NCBI GenBank assembly: GCA_043825875.1 | Contig: JBDRRF010000051.1 | Span: forward strand, 1-64,000 | DNA from: Pseudomonadota bacterium | Lineage (GTDB): Bacteria > Desulfobacterota > Desulfobacteria > Desulfobacterales > RPRI01 | Length of the DNA stretch: 64,000 bases | Direction: 5' to 3' | Shown here: positions 1 through 11,061 of the stretch, piece after piece | Numbering within the stretch: the stretch's first letter is position 1 | How the letters are laid out: each line of letters opens with the position of its first letter | Notes under the pieces: generated by a model | The model's input: only the letters and a program-made list of their open reading frames with translations | What the model was told of the DNA's origin: nothing | The model's database searches: none | Program-made: the position numbers and the translations under genes

Positions 1-46
1 AACCATGTCAAGCATTATTTTCTATTTTCAGTCACTACATTGGCTT

Positions 47-139
47 TTCGACAAACCGCATACTATAATATCAAATAGTTAGATAGTTATGACCGCCAAA
101 TATAATAGATTTTTGCCTGTTTTTGTCGAACTTGGGTTA
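47..139. repeat. Possible degenerate miniature inverted-repeat element overlapping the typA 3' end, with an IHF-consensus site
   Basis: Inverted repeat TTCGACAAA (47-55) / TTTGTCGAA (122-130); TATCAAATAGTTA (69-81) matches WATCAANNNNTTR. Confidence 0.35.
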
Positions 140-1965
140 AGCTTTGCCGATCTCATGGAATGCCTTTTATGGGCTGAAAGTACTGCTTTTCTGATGCGGA
201 TCGAGATAGGGGTTACTTCCACCATTTCATCTTCGCGAATGAAATTTATTGCACCTTCAAGTGTCAGCGGTTTAACCGGAGCAAGAAGAATATGATCATC
301 TTTTCCGGAAGCTCTCATGTTTGTTAATTTTTTCTCCTTACATGCATTTACGTTGATATCGCCTTCCTTGTTATGCTCTCCCACAACCATTCCTTCATAT
401 ACCGGGGTACCGGGAACAATCAAAAGCCTGCCTCTTGGCTCAAGGTTAAACAGGGCGTAAGCAACCGAATTGCCGGATCTGTCTGAAACTATAGAACCTG
501 TAAATCTTACCGGAAAGTCACCTCTGTATTTTTCATAACCGGAAAAATATGAATTCATAATACCGGTTCCCTTTGTATCTGTTAAAAACTCATCCCTGTA
601 ACCGATAAGCGCTCTTGATGGAATGGAAAATTCGATCCTGACTCTTCCTCTTTCATTGTTTACAAGATTTAGCATCCTTCCTTTTTTCGAAGAAAGCTTC
701 TCGGAAACAATCCCAAGAAAATTTTCATTGCAATCGATAAAAAGATGCTCGATTGGTTCGAGTTTTTCACCATCTTTGTATTTTAAAATTACTTCGGGAC
801 GGCCTACACACAACTCAAATCCCTCCCTGCGCATAGTTTCTATAAGTATGGCCAGTTGGAATTCCCCTCTTCCCTTTACAATAAAAGAATCCATCTCCTG
901 CTCATCGCTTATCTGGATTGCAACATTTCTTAATGTCTCTTTGTAAAGCCGTTCGCGTATTTTACTGGATTGAACATATTTTCCTTCTTTTCCTGAAAAA
1001 GGCGAATTATTTATGGTAAATTTCATAGAAACAGTCGGCTCATCAACAGTAATTCTTTTTAAAGCTTTAGGGAAATTACTGGTGCAGATAGTATCTCCGA
1101 TTTTAACATCTTCAATTCCTGAAAGTACTACTATATCACCCGGTTCGGCATTTTTGATTTCAATAATTTTCAAACCTGTATATGTTTGCAGCTTGGAAAC
1201 CTTAAGCGGAATGTGAGTGTTTTCGCTGTTAATACATACGAGATTATCATGCTGCCCCATTTTTCCGTTAAAAACTTTTCCTATTGCAAGCCTTCCAAGA
1301 TAATCGGAATATCCAAGGTCCGAAACAAGCATTTGAAAAGGTTCTTCGGGATCATAAGACGGGGGAGGAATTTCTTTTAAAATGGTATCAATCAACAAAT
1401 GAAGGTTTTCTCCTTTTTCATTCAGACTCTTTTGTGCTATTCCATCACGACCGATTGCATAAATAAGCGGAAAATCTAGCTGATCATCATTTGCTCCAAG
1501 GTCTATAAGAAGATCGTATATCTCGTCTAACACCTCATCCGGCCTGGCATCTTTACGATCTATTTTGTTTATCACGACTATAATCTTCAAACCTGCGGCA
1601 AGCGCTTTTTTAAGCACAAACCGTGTCTGTGGAAGAGGCCCCTCGGATGCATCAACAAGTAAAATAGCACCATCAGACATAGAAATAGCTCTTTCAACTT
1701 CTCCGCCGAAATCCGCATGTCCCGGAGTGTCGATTATATTTATTTTAACATCCTTCCAGACCACGGAACAATTCTTGGCTGCGATAGTAATCCCTCGTTC
1801 ACGTTCCAGATCCATGGAATCCATTATTCTTTCATCGACCCGCTGGCCTGTTCTGAACAAACCACTTTGTTTAAACATTCCATCTACAAGGGTTGTTTTG
1901 CCATGATCAACATGGGCAATAATTGCAATATTTCTTATTTTTTCATTCTTAATTAATTCTGTCAT
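79..1965 (-). CDS. typA: Translational GTPase TypA/BipA
   Basis: AHVDHGKTT, RERGITI, DTPGHADFGGEVER, NKID, GRGEFQLAILIETMRREGFE, KEKKLTNMRASG motifs. Confidence 0.97.
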   Translation of the reverse strand: MTELIKNEKIRNIAIIAHVDHGKTTLVDGMFKQSGLFRTGQRVDERIMDSMDLERERGITIAAKNCSVVWKDVKINIIDTPGHADFGGEVERAISMSDGAILLVDASEGPLPQTRFVLKKALAAGLKIIVVINKIDRKDARPDEVLDEIYDLLIDLGANDDQLDFPLIYAIGRDGIAQKSLNEKGENLHLLIDTILKEIPPPSYDPEEPFQMLVSDLGYSDYLGRLAIGKVFNGKMGQHDNLVCINSENTHIPLKVSKLQTYTGLKIIEIKNAEPGDIVVLSGIEDVKIGDTICTSNFPKALKRITVDEPTVSMKFTINNSPFSGKEGKYVQSSKIRERLYKETLRNVAIQISDEQEMDSFIVKGRGEFQLAILIETMRREGFELCVGRPEVILKYKDGEKLEPIEHLFIDCNENFLGIVSEKLSSKKGRMLNLVNNERGRVRIEFSIPSRALIGYRDEFLTDTKGTGIMNSYFSGYEKYRGDFPVRFTGSIVSDRSGNSVAYALFNLEPRGRLLIVPGTPVYEGMVVGEHNKEGDINVNACKEKKLTNMRASGKDDHILLAPVKPLTLEGAINFIREDEMVEVTPISIRIRKAVLSAHKRHSMRSAKLNPSSTKTGKNLLYLAVITI

Positions 1966-1977
1966 ATATTTTCCAAT

Positions 1978-4395
1978 TTAAAAAACTGATTTAAAAAAGT
2001 CTTCCGTATCTGTAATAGCACCCGGTTTGGGAGCAAATTCCGTTGGGGCTGTACCTTCCTTGAAGCATTCAAGAATTGATTTTTTTGATTCGGGAATCGC
2101 CAGAAGGCCGGTTTCAGTATCAATTTCCGCAAATTCAATGCCTTCTTCTGTTGCCGGAAAATCTACCACTGGTTTATCCGCAAGAATTTGCTGCATGAAA
2201 TCAAGCCAGATCGGACCTGCAGCTCTGGAACCTGTTTCGGATTTGCCTAAAGTGGCCAATTCATCAGAGCCAACCCATACACCTGTAATATACTCCGGAG
2301 AGTATCCTATAAACCATGCATCATATAAATCATTTGTCGTACCTGTTTTCCCGACTACCGGTCTGTTAAGCGCAAGCATTCTCCTGCCGGTTCCATGTTT
2401 TACAACACTTCCTAAAAGACTTGTCATGATAAAGGCAGTATTTTTTTCAATTACCTGGGTTACTGATGGCATTGCTTCTTCAAGAATGTTTCCATCCCGG
2501 TCAACAATCTTTTCTATGAATACCGGTTCAATAAGACACCCCTGGTTTGCAAAAACCGAATAAGCCCCAACAAGTTCAATTAATGAAACACCTGAAGAAC
2601 CTAATGCAAGTGACAGATTTCTGCTCAACGGGGAAGTAATCCCGAGTTTTTTCGCATATTCTATTGCATAATCTACACCAATGGCTCTTAATATCTTAAC
2701 TGTAACAATGTTGCGTGAATGTGTCAGGGCATCACGCAAAGATGTTCGTCCGTAGAATGTATCACTATAGTTTTTTGGTTTCCAGACAAAATTGCTTTCA
2801 CTGTCTTCATAGGTAATGGGAGAATCGATTAACACACTTGCAGGAGTAAAATCATTGTCAATAGCTGCGGCATAAATTATCGGTTTAAAAGCTGAACCCG
2901 GTTGCCGTTTTGCCTGAATAGCCCGGTTGAACTGGTTTCTGGCAAAAGCATAACCTCCAACCATTGCTTTTACATGACCGTTTTTTGCTTCTATGCAAAG
3001 CAGGGCCGATTCATTTTCTGGTTCCTGTTCAAGTGACACAGACCACAATTCTTTATCGAGTTTATCCTTTATTTGGTTTTTAATCTTAACAAGTATTAAA
3101 TCATCGGAGTGAAAAATTATTTTTAAAGTTCCCGCAGGTGAATAACCTGGCGAATCGGCATATTGCTTCAAAGCCCACTGCATGTCTTCGAGTTGTATTA
3201 TACCATAATTATCTCCGATATTTACAATTATATTATCATCATTTACGGATGTTACTATTGCTTTTACAGTTATTCCTTCTTTTAAAGGAGTTTCGGCCAG
3301 CATATTCTTTGTTTTATCAGAAACAATCTTTATTTCATCCGGATCAAGGTGTTTTATCGGACCCCTGTATTCATGCCTTTTGTCAAGAGCTTTCAATCCT
3401 TTTCTTATTGCTTCCTGAGCCGCTATCTGCATATCATAATTACAAGTGGTATATATTTTAAGCCCCTTCTCATATAATACTTCCTGTCCGTATTTCTGCT
3501 CCACATACTGTCGGACATATTCGGAAAAATAGGGCGCACTTTCAGCAAATAAGCTTTGTTTCTGCCTAAGCTCTATTTTTGTTTCAATGGCTTGCTTATA
3601 CTGAGCTTCAAGTATATAACCTTCTTCCAGCATACGGCCCAAAACATATAGCTGGCGATGTCTTGATTTATCCCAATTTTTGTATGGTGAATATCTGCTT
3701 GGTGCCTGGGGAAGACCTGCAAGCAGAGCACACTCAGCCAAATCCAAATCAATTGCTGATTTACCAAAATATTTCTCGGACGCGGCTTCAACCCCATAGG
3801 CCCCATTGCCTAAGTAAATCTGATTCAAATACAAAAATAAGATTTCTTCCTTGGAAAATGTTTTGTCTATTTTGTATGCAAGTATTGCTTCGGTTATTTT
3901 TCTTCTGTAACTTTTTTCAGGTGTCAGTAAAAATGATTTGGTAACCTGCTGAGTAATAGTACTTCCACCCTGAACAATTGTTCCTGCTTCGATATTCTTT
4001 AAAAAGGCTCTTAATATACTTTGAAAATCCACCCCCTTGTGTTTATAAAATCTTGAATCTTCAGCCGCAATGAAGGCATCCTTTAACATGGGAGGAATCT
4101 TTTCCATAGGAAGTATTACTCTGTATTCCTTATAGAATTGAGCTATTTCCTGATTATTGTCAGAGTACACCGTTGTAATAGTGGGCGGACTATAATCGGC
4201 AAGTGCGGATATTTTAGGAATTTCCTGTGTAATATGCAAATAAAAGCTTATCAATATAATCAAAACGGCAGAAACAGATATAAGGGATGTCCATAATCCC
4301 CATCTTAATATTTTCCTTGCTGTTGTTTCTACTTTTTGGTTTGAGCGTTCTTTAATAATTTTTGCAACTTTTTTACTTCTTCGCATATTCACCAT
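1978..4395 (-). CDS. mrcA: Class A penicillin-binding protein 1A
   Basis: N-terminal TM; transglycosylase motifs EDSRF, GGSTITQQ, RKITE; transpeptidase SAFK, SRN, KTGT. Confidence 0.93.
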   Translation of the reverse strand: MVNMRRSKKVAKIIKERSNQKVETTARKILRWGLWTSLISVSAVLIILISFYLHITQEIPKISALADYSPPTITTVYSDNNQEIAQFYKEYRVILPMEKIPPMLKDAFIAAEDSRFYKHKGVDFQSILRAFLKNIEAGTIVQGGSTITQQVTKSFLLTPEKSYRRKITEAILAYKIDKTFSKEEILFLYLNQIYLGNGAYGVEAASEKYFGKSAIDLDLAECALLAGLPQAPSRYSPYKNWDKSRHRQLYVLGRMLEEGYILEAQYKQAIETKIELRQKQSLFAESAPYFSEYVRQYVEQKYGQEVLYEKGLKIYTTCNYDMQIAAQEAIRKGLKALDKRHEYRGPIKHLDPDEIKIVSDKTKNMLAETPLKEGITVKAIVTSVNDDNIIVNIGDNYGIIQLEDMQWALKQYADSPGYSPAGTLKIIFHSDDLILVKIKNQIKDKLDKELWSVSLEQEPENESALLCIEAKNGHVKAMVGGYAFARNQFNRAIQAKRQPGSAFKPIIYAAAIDNDFTPASVLIDSPITYEDSESNFVWKPKNYSDTFYGRTSLRDALTHSRNIVTVKILRAIGVDYAIEYAKKLGITSPLSRNLSLALGSSGVSLIELVGAYSVFANQGCLIEPVFIEKIVDRDGNILEEAMPSVTQVIEKNTAFIMTSLLGSVVKHGTGRRMLALNRPVVGKTGTTNDLYDAWFIGYSPEYITGVWVGSDELATLGKSETGSRAAGPIWLDFMQQILADKPVVDFPATEEGIEFAEIDTETGLLAIPESKKSILECFKEGTAPTEFAPKPGAITDTEDFFKSVF

Positions 4396-4410
4396 TTCCT
4401 GATTGTTACA

Positions 4411-5124
4411 TCATCTTATGTGCTGTATCCAATTGTTTTCTTTAATAAGCATAGTTGTCGGATCAATAAAAAGTTCAGATTCATCCGAATCAGGTTTTCC
4501 TCCTTTAAGGGCCTTGAGCTGAATATCTTTTCCTTCAGGCTGAATTAGTATTGTTTTTTCAAAAAGATATTCAATATCATTAAAATGAGCCGGAATTCCA
4601 TGGGGTTTATCATCTCTGCTGATGCGAACCGTAAACCAGAGCTTAAGAGAGTGTTGTTGAGCAAAGCTTTGAAGCTCTACAAGTGATTCTTTCTGCGAAA
4701 CATCAAAGGGAAGACCATCAATTAGAATAACACGCGGACGGAAAATGTTTTGTTCCATAAGTTCGGTAAGCCTTTCTACCAGTTTTGGAACACTAAAGCC
4801 CTCCACTTCGAATGTCATTATAAATCTGTGCGGCAGCAGGTTTTCAAATATCTGTTCCTGGTCGGCAATGCTGTGCTGAAATGCAATGTTGCGGTATACT
4901 TCCTTATACCACAGGCCGACTTTTTTTACAGGATCATTCAAGCTTATGTGTAGTACATTTCTCTCATTAAGCAGGTTATATATTGCCAGTTGAATAAGAA
5001 GAGCCGTTTTACCTACACCCGCATATGCCAGGATAGCGCCGAAACCACCATCCTGAATTATTTCCGTTTCGTTTTCTACCAGTCTTCCCAATGGATGGGT
5101 AAGATTAAAACTATTTTTTACCAT
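4411..5124 (-). CDS. RecA/KaiC/DnaB-superfamily P-loop protein of unknown function
   Basis: Walker A-like AYAGVGKT, NVLHISL strand, Walker B-like VILIDG. Confidence 0.7.
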   Translation of the reverse strand: MVKNSFNLTHPLGRLVENETEIIQDGGFGAILAYAGVGKTALLIQLAIYNLLNERNVLHISLNDPVKKVGLWYKEVYRNIAFQHSIADQEQIFENLLPHRFIMTFEVEGFSVPKLVERLTELMEQNIFRPRVILIDGLPFDVSQKESLVELQSFAQQHSLKLWFTVRISRDDKPHGIPAHFNDIEYLFEKTILIQPEGKDIQLKALKGGKPDSDESELFIDPTTMLIKENNWIQHIR

Positions 5125-5185
5125 TTCATATACTCCTTAAGCTTATATGCAAATAGGTTTGTTTTTAAAGGCAAACTGTAATAAT

Positions 5186-7279
5186 TTATACCGTTTTTTG
5201 TAAATTCTTTTTTTCTTCCGCTGCTTTTTTCACTAAGTCTTCGGCAACTGATTGAGGCGCCTGCTTATAGGTTGCAAACTCCATTGTAAACTGAGCTTTG
5301 CCCTGAGTCGTTGACCTTAGCACCGTTGAATATCCAAACATTTCGGCAAGAGGAACCTGCGCTTCAACAACACATGAAGTTACTTCATCCTGAGTTCCGA
5401 AAATTATTCCACGACGCTGGTTCAATGATCCTAAAACAGCACCCTGAAATTCGGTTGGGGTTTCGACAACTACTTTCATTATCGGTTCGATAATCACAGA
5501 CTTTGCTTTCGAATAACCTTCAAGAAAAGCACCACGGGCAGCTGACTGAAAAGCCATCTCAGAAGAATCGACTGCGTGCGAGGCACCGTCATTTATAACA
5601 ATTTTTACCCCTGTGACAGGATATTCAAGTTTCGGGCCTTTTAGCAGGCAATTCTTAAAACCTTTTTCACATGCAGCAATATACTGAGTCGGAATAGATC
5701 CGCCTTTAATCTGATTATCAAAGACAAATTCTTCATCAGCAGGCTCCATGTAACCTGCCACACGTCCGTATTGCCCGGCACCTCCTGTTTGCTTTTTATG
5801 TGTATAATTGAATTCAGCTTTTCTTGTAATTGTTTCTCTGTATGCCACTTTAGGTACACCCGATATAACATGGGCATTATATTCTCTCCGCATCCTTTCC
5901 AGATAAACTTCAAGATGAAGCTCCCCCATTCCTGAAATTATCGTATCTCCTGTTTCATCACTGGTAAAGGTTTTAAAAGTAGGATCTTCTTTTGAAAACC
6001 TGTTTAATGCCTTGGACATATTTACTTCAGATTTATTATCCTTTGGTTTAATTGCAAGAGAGATAACAGGATCCGGGACATACATTGATGTCATTGTATA
6101 ACTGAGACCTTGTGATACGAAGGTATCTCCTGAGGCGCAGTCAATACCAAACAAAGCGCCAATATAACCTGCCGGTATGGATTCTATCTCTTCCATCTGG
6201 CTGGCATGCATGCGGACAACTCTGCCGACTTTTACCTTTTTGCCGGTACGCACATTGTAAATATTATCACCTTTAGCAAGCAAGCCCTGATACACCCTGA
6301 CATATGTCAGCTGGCCGTATTGTCCTTCTTCCAGTTTAAATGCTAGTGCTACAAGAGGTTTACTAATATCTGCCTTCAGAATGACAGGTTCTTCATTATT
6401 ATCCATATCTAAAGCTATATTTTCAGTATCAAATGGGCACGGAAGAAATTTAATGACAGCATCAAGCAGAGGTTGAATACCTTTGTTTTTATAGGCAGAC
6501 CCCAGCAAAACAGGTGTCAGTTTTCTTGACAAGGCCCCCTCCCGAAGTGCAGTAACTATCATTGCTTCACTTATCTCTTTTTCTTCAAGAATTGCATCTG
6601 TAAGCTCATCTGAAAAACTTGAAGCAGCATCGATTAGTTCTTCTCTCTTTTTATTCGCTTGATCCAAAAGATTGGCCGGAATATCATCTATGCGAATTAC
6701 TTCCCCGTTATTTCCATCAAAATATATCGACTTCATTGACAGCAAATCAACAACACCGCTAAAATCTGCTTCAAGACCTATGGGAATTTGAATGGCAACT
6801 GCATTATGCCCCAGTTTTTCTCTAAGCTGTTTTACTACTTTATCAGGATTGGCGCCACTTCTATCACATTTATTTATGAAAGCAAGGCAGGGTACTTTGT
6901 AACGCTTCATCTGCTGATCAACTGTAATTGACTGCGATTGAACGCCCCCAACAGAACAAAGGACAAGGACAGCTCCATCCAATACTCTTAAAGATCGTTC
7001 AACTTCTATTGTAAAGTCAACATGTCCTGGAGTATCTATAATGTTGATTTCATGACCGAGCCATTCACAGAAGGTAGCAGCGGAAGCAATTGTTATGCCC
7101 CTTTCCTTTTCAAGCTCCATTGAATCCATGGTAGCTCCCACACCATCTTTTCCTTTTACATCGTGAATTGCATGAATACGCTTTGTATAAAAAAGTATTC
7201 TTTCTGTCAGCGTGGTTTTACCGGAGTCTATATGTGCGCTTATTCCGATATTTCTAAATTTAGTGATATCTTGATTCAT
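5186..7279 (-). CDS. fusA: Elongation factor G (mitochondrial EFG1-like / spdEFG1 subfamily)
   Basis: [50 protein letters not shown]; start set at MNQD (7279) after an AAGGA RBS. Confidence 0.95.
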   Translation of the reverse strand: MNQDITKFRNIGISAHIDSGKTTLTERILFYTKRIHAIHDVKGKDGVGATMDSMELEKERGITIASAATFCEWLGHEINIIDTPGHVDFTIEVERSLRVLDGAVLVLCSVGGVQSQSITVDQQMKRYKVPCLAFINKCDRSGANPDKVVKQLREKLGHNAVAIQIPIGLEADFSGVVDLLSMKSIYFDGNNGEVIRIDDIPANLLDQANKKREELIDAASSFSDELTDAILEEKEISEAMIVTALREGALSRKLTPVLLGSAYKNKGIQPLLDAVIKFLPCPFDTENIALDMDNNEEPVILKADISKPLVALAFKLEEGQYGQLTYVRVYQGLLAKGDNIYNVRTGKKVKVGRVVRMHASQMEEIESIPAGYIGALFGIDCASGDTFVSQGLSYTMTSMYVPDPVISLAIKPKDNKSEVNMSKALNRFSKEDPTFKTFTSDETGDTIISGMGELHLEVYLERMRREYNAHVISGVPKVAYRETITRKAEFNYTHKKQTGGAGQYGRVAGYMEPADEEFVFDNQIKGGSIPTQYIAACEKGFKNCLLKGPKLEYPVTGVKIVINDGASHAVDSSEMAFQSAARGAFLEGYSKAKSVIIEPIMKVVVETPTEFQGAVLGSLNQRRGIIFGTQDEVTSCVVEAQVPLAEMFGYSTVLRSTTQGKAQFTMEFATYKQAPQSVAEDLVKKAAEEKKNLQKTV

Positions 7280-7296
7280 TCTATGTTCCTTATAAC

Positions 7297-8226
7297 TCAG
7301 GATACTATCCAAAGAGCGCGATTTGAGATATGATTTATTACATATCTTGATACGCTCCCAATAAAAATGGATTTACTGACACCGCTTCTTCCTACAATAA
7401 CGGTTCCGTAATTCCCTTTTTCCGATTCATCAATTATGGCCTTACCCGGATTTAAAAATCTTGACGATGTTTTAAAATGGATTTGATTTTCTTTCAATCC
7501 GGCTTTTTCAAACAGAATCTTTGCATTTGAAAAAACCTTTTCAACATTATGCTTGCTTGACTCCGCAAGGATTTTATCAAGATCTTTTTTGTCTTTATCG
7601 CTATTTTTTGCCCCCATTAATTTAATTTTAGGAATAACATTAAACAAAGTGATATCTGCGGTTTTACTTTCTCCAATCATAAAACAAACATGATCAATAG
7701 CTCTCATTGAGCTTGCAGACCCATCTACTGTAACCATGATTTTTGAAGAATTAACAGTTCCATCTATTAGCCAAAGCGGGATAGCCGTACTATGTTCTAA
7801 AATATTAGATGTGACACTACCCATAAAGGTTTTTTGTAAGCGGGAAATCCCTCTTCTTCCAACAGCAATAGCATCATAAGGCAATTTTTGTCCAAAGTCT
7901 AAAATATCCTTTGCCACAAATAACAATTTTGGCTTTGTTACTATCTCTATTTTTTTTGCATCTATACCCATATTAATCATAAGTTCCTTGTACTTGCCAA
8001 GAAGATTATGCGAAGCTGTTTCATTTCTTTTTAAAATTTTAGACAACTCATTTTGTACTTTCATGTTTTTTTTAGCTTCATCAACAAGAAATTGCGATAC
8101 AGTGCACTGAACATTAAAAATAGTATATGAAATATCTTGTACCACGTCGGAAATTTTAACCGCATACTTGACAGAATTTTTGGAATAAATGGAATCATCC
8201 ACTGCTATAACTATTTTTTTCTGCAT
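7297..8226 (-). CDS. Tandem-domain universal stress protein
   Basis: Two USP domains: KIVIAVDDS...GRRG...GSVT and IMVTVDGS...GRSG...GSVS; start MQKK after GAGG. Confidence 0.9.
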   Translation of the reverse strand: MQKKIVIAVDDSIYSKNSVKYAVKISDVVQDISYTIFNVQCTVSQFLVDEAKKNMKVQNELSKILKRNETASHNLLGKYKELMINMGIDAKKIEIVTKPKLLFVAKDILDFGQKLPYDAIAVGRRGISRLQKTFMGSVTSNILEHSTAIPLWLIDGTVNSSKIMVTVDGSASSMRAIDHVCFMIGESKTADITLFNVIPKIKLMGAKNSDKDKKDLDKILAESSKHNVEKVFSNAKILFEKAGLKENQIHFKTSSRFLNPGKAIIDESEKGNYGTVIVGRSGVSKSIFIGSVSRYVINHISNRALWIVS

Positions 8227-8387
8227 AATACCTCTCTTTTTTTTGGTATCTTTTCCGCTGTATATTATTATCACTGTTAGGTAACAAGTAATAAAAATAA
8301 CAGATATTAACTTTTTAGTACAGATTATTTCTAAATAATTAGCAAGAGGTATAATATGTGTAGTCCGTCATAGGAGGATAATAATTT

Positions 8388-9407
8388 TCAGCCACCGATA
8401 TTAGACATATGACCTGAAATAACACTTGCGAATTTTGAGGCAAGGGGATGTTCAAAAGGCTTATCATAAATCGCCCTAAGAATAATACCAGCCAGCTCAT
8501 CGTCTGAGCAACCACTTCTAAGCGGAGTTTTAAGATCTGTTTCAGCATCCGATAGCAGGCAGGTTTTAAGTTTACCGCTTGCTGTCAGCCTGAGCCTGTT
8601 ACAACTATCGCAAAAATGTTCGCTTATAGGTCTTATGAATCCTATTTCTCCTTTAGCATTTTCAAATTTAAAACGTTGTGCAGGGCCGTCGTACTGGTTT
8701 CTTTCAACAGGATGCAGGCGGCCAATGGAACTTATGATACTTTTTATTTCAGGAGCAAAAAGCTGTCTGGAGGTCAGCTGTGATGTACCTATAGGCATAT
8801 ATTCTATAAATCTGATATGAAAGGGATAAGAAAAAGTCAGCTTAGCAAAATCTACCAGCTCATCGTCATTTATTCCACTTAAAACAACCACGTTAAGTTT
8901 TATCGGATAAAAACCCATAGCATGCGCTGTCATTATGCTTTCCCATACCCCATCGAAAGCATCAATACCGGTTATACTTTTGAATTTATATTTCTTTAAG
9001 GTATCCATGCTGATATTAAGCCGCTTAATACCGGCAGCTTTAATTTTTTCTATTTTTTCTTTTAATAAAATACCATTAGTTGTAATTGAAAGATCAGAAA
9101 CTCCATCTAAACAGCCTAATTTCATCAAGAAATCACAAACCCCTTTTCTCACAAGCGGCTCGCCACCAGTTACACGTATTTTTGAAATCCCAAGTTTAAC
9201 AAATATTTTAGCTATCTTCAGCATTTCCTCATAACTTAAAATTTCACTACATCGAAGTTTCTGAATCCTTTCATTGGTCATACAATATATGCATTGCATA
9301 TTACAGCGGTCGGTAACAGATATACGAAGATAGTCAAGTCTGCGTTTATATTTATCAACCAGTTTTATTTCAGGAAGTTTTATGGTATTTGCACCACTTG
9401 CTGTCAT
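8388..9407 (-). CDS. moaA: GTP 3',8-cyclase MoaA
   Basis: YLRISVTDRCNMQCIYC, C-terminal CDSCNRLR...C cluster, terminal IGG. Confidence 0.96.
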   Translation of the reverse strand: MTASGANTIKLPEIKLVDKYKRRLDYLRISVTDRCNMQCIYCMTNERIQKLRCSEILSYEEMLKIAKIFVKLGISKIRVTGGEPLVRKGVCDFLMKLGCLDGVSDLSITTNGILLKEKIEKIKAAGIKRLNISMDTLKKYKFKSITGIDAFDGVWESIMTAHAMGFYPIKLNVVVLSGINDDELVDFAKLTFSYPFHIRFIEYMPIGTSQLTSRQLFAPEIKSIISSIGRLHPVERNQYDGPAQRFKFENAKGEIGFIRPISEHFCDSCNRLRLTASGKLKTCLLSDAETDLKTPLRSGCSDDELAGIILRAIYDKPFEHPLASKFASVISGHMSNIGG

Positions 9408-9520
9408 CTATTTGTTTCCATTACATTTTACCATATAAATCATCAATTTTATTTAACATCTATGAATTTTGTTTTGTTGGGTTGAAGATAAATATCATAT
9501 ACGGTATTGTCAATCCTGCT

Positions 9521-11053
9521 TTACTCGGATTTTGTATAATATTGAATAATAGCCTCATACAATCCGGGTATAGAGTAAGATTCTGCAACAATCTGAACAC
9601 TGATACCCATATTTTTTGCCGTATCGGCGGTAATCGGACCAATTGCGGCAACCACAACATCTTTCATCAGCTCTTGGATATTATCAGCAGGCAAAAGCGC
9701 TGCAAAATTTTTTACGGTTGATGAACTTGTAAAAGTCACCATATCGATGGTTTTGTTTTCAAGCTCTTTAATAATATCTACCGAATCATCGCATACAGCT
9801 CTTGTTTTGTAAGCTGTTATTTCATCTACAAAAGCACCCATTTTTATAAGCTCTTCATAAAGTACGGCTCTTGCCTCTTTGGCCCGTGGGAGCAATACTT
9901 TTTTGCCTTTTACTTCTTCATTTTTAAAAGAATCAACAATTGATTCAGCTATATAATTTTTAGGTACAATATCGCTTTTAATTCCATATCCGAGCAGCTT
10001 TTTTTCAGTTGCAGGACCTATAACTGCTGTTTTAATGCTACCTAAAGAACGTACATCACGCCCGCTTGAAAAAAGGCGCTCAAAAAAGAAACTTACTCCA
10101 TTTACACTTGTAAATACAAGCCAGTCATATTCTGAAAGGTTTTCAACTGCTTTATCAAGAAGAATCCAATCATCTGGCGGTTCCACTTTTATTGTTGGAA
10201 GCTCAATACAATCCGCTCCGTTTTCAGATAGCAGGCTTAAAAGATCGCTTGCCTGCTCCCTGGCTCTTGTTACAACTATTCTTTTGCCAAGAAGCGGTTT
10301 TTTCTCATACCAGCAAAGAGTATCTTTTAATTTAACCACATCACCGACAACTATTATAGCCGGAGGCTTAAACCCTGCGGCTTTAACACGTTCAACAATG
10401 TTTGATAAATTGCCTGAAACACTGGCATGCTTTGGGGTTGTTCCCCACTGAATAAGAGCAATTAAAGTATCGGAAGACATGCCGTTATCTATCAGACTCT
10501 TTACTATGTTAGGCAGATTTTTTACTCCCATAAAAAATACAATGGTGCCGATTCCTTTTACAAGAGCTTGCCAGTTAATTCCGGATTTCTCCTTTTCCGG
10601 ATTTTCATGACCCGTCACAAAAGCAACTGTTGAAGTAAACGATCTATGGGTTAAAGGAATCCCAGCATATGCCGAAGCTGCTATGGCAGAAGTAACCCCT
10701 GGAACTATTTCAAATAAGATATTGTTTTCGGCAAGTACTTCGGCCTCTTCGGCACCGCGTCCAAATATAAAAGGATCTCCGCCTTTAAGTCTGGTAACAA
10801 CATTTCCCTCTTTGGCTTTTTGTAAAATAAGAGCATTGATATTTTCCTGGGACATTGAATGGTTGCCACCCTGTTTTCCTGCATATATAATTTCAGCTTC
10901 TTTTTTTGCATATTTTAAAAGGGAAAAAGATGCCAAAAAATCATAAATTATAACATCAGCACGCTTTATACAGTCTTTGCCTTTCACTGTAATAAGACCC
11001 GGATCTCCCGGACCAGCACCAACCAAATAAACTTTACCTTTTTTATTTTCCAT
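9521..11053 (-). CDS. cobA: Fused uroporphyrinogen-III C-methyltransferase / uroporphyrinogen-III synthase (CobA-HemD)
   Basis: GAGPGDPGLIT, RLKGGDPFIFGRG, then HemD domain (VVTRA, FTSVNGV, FTSSSTV). Confidence 0.95.
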   Translation of the reverse strand: MENKKGKVYLVGAGPGDPGLITVKGKDCIKRADVIIYDFLASFSLLKYAKKEAEIIYAGKQGGNHSMSQENINALILQKAKEGNVVTRLKGGDPFIFGRGAEEAEVLAENNILFEIVPGVTSAIAASAYAGIPLTHRSFTSTVAFVTGHENPEKEKSGINWQALVKGIGTIVFFMGVKNLPNIVKSLIDNGMSSDTLIALIQWGTTPKHASVSGNLSNIVERVKAAGFKPPAIIVVGDVVKLKDTLCWYEKKPLLGKRIVVTRAREQASDLLSLLSENGADCIELPTIKVEPPDDWILLDKAVENLSEYDWLVFTSVNGVSFFFERLFSSGRDVRSLGSIKTAVIGPATEKKLLGYGIKSDIVPKNYIAESIVDSFKNEEVKGKKVLLPRAKEARAVLYEELIKMGAFVDEITAYKTRAVCDDSVDIIKELENKTIDMVTFTSSSTVKNFAALLPADNIQELMKDVVVAAIGPITADTAKNMGISVQIVAESYSIPGLYEAIIQYYTKSE

Positions 11054-11061
11054 TTTTCTAT

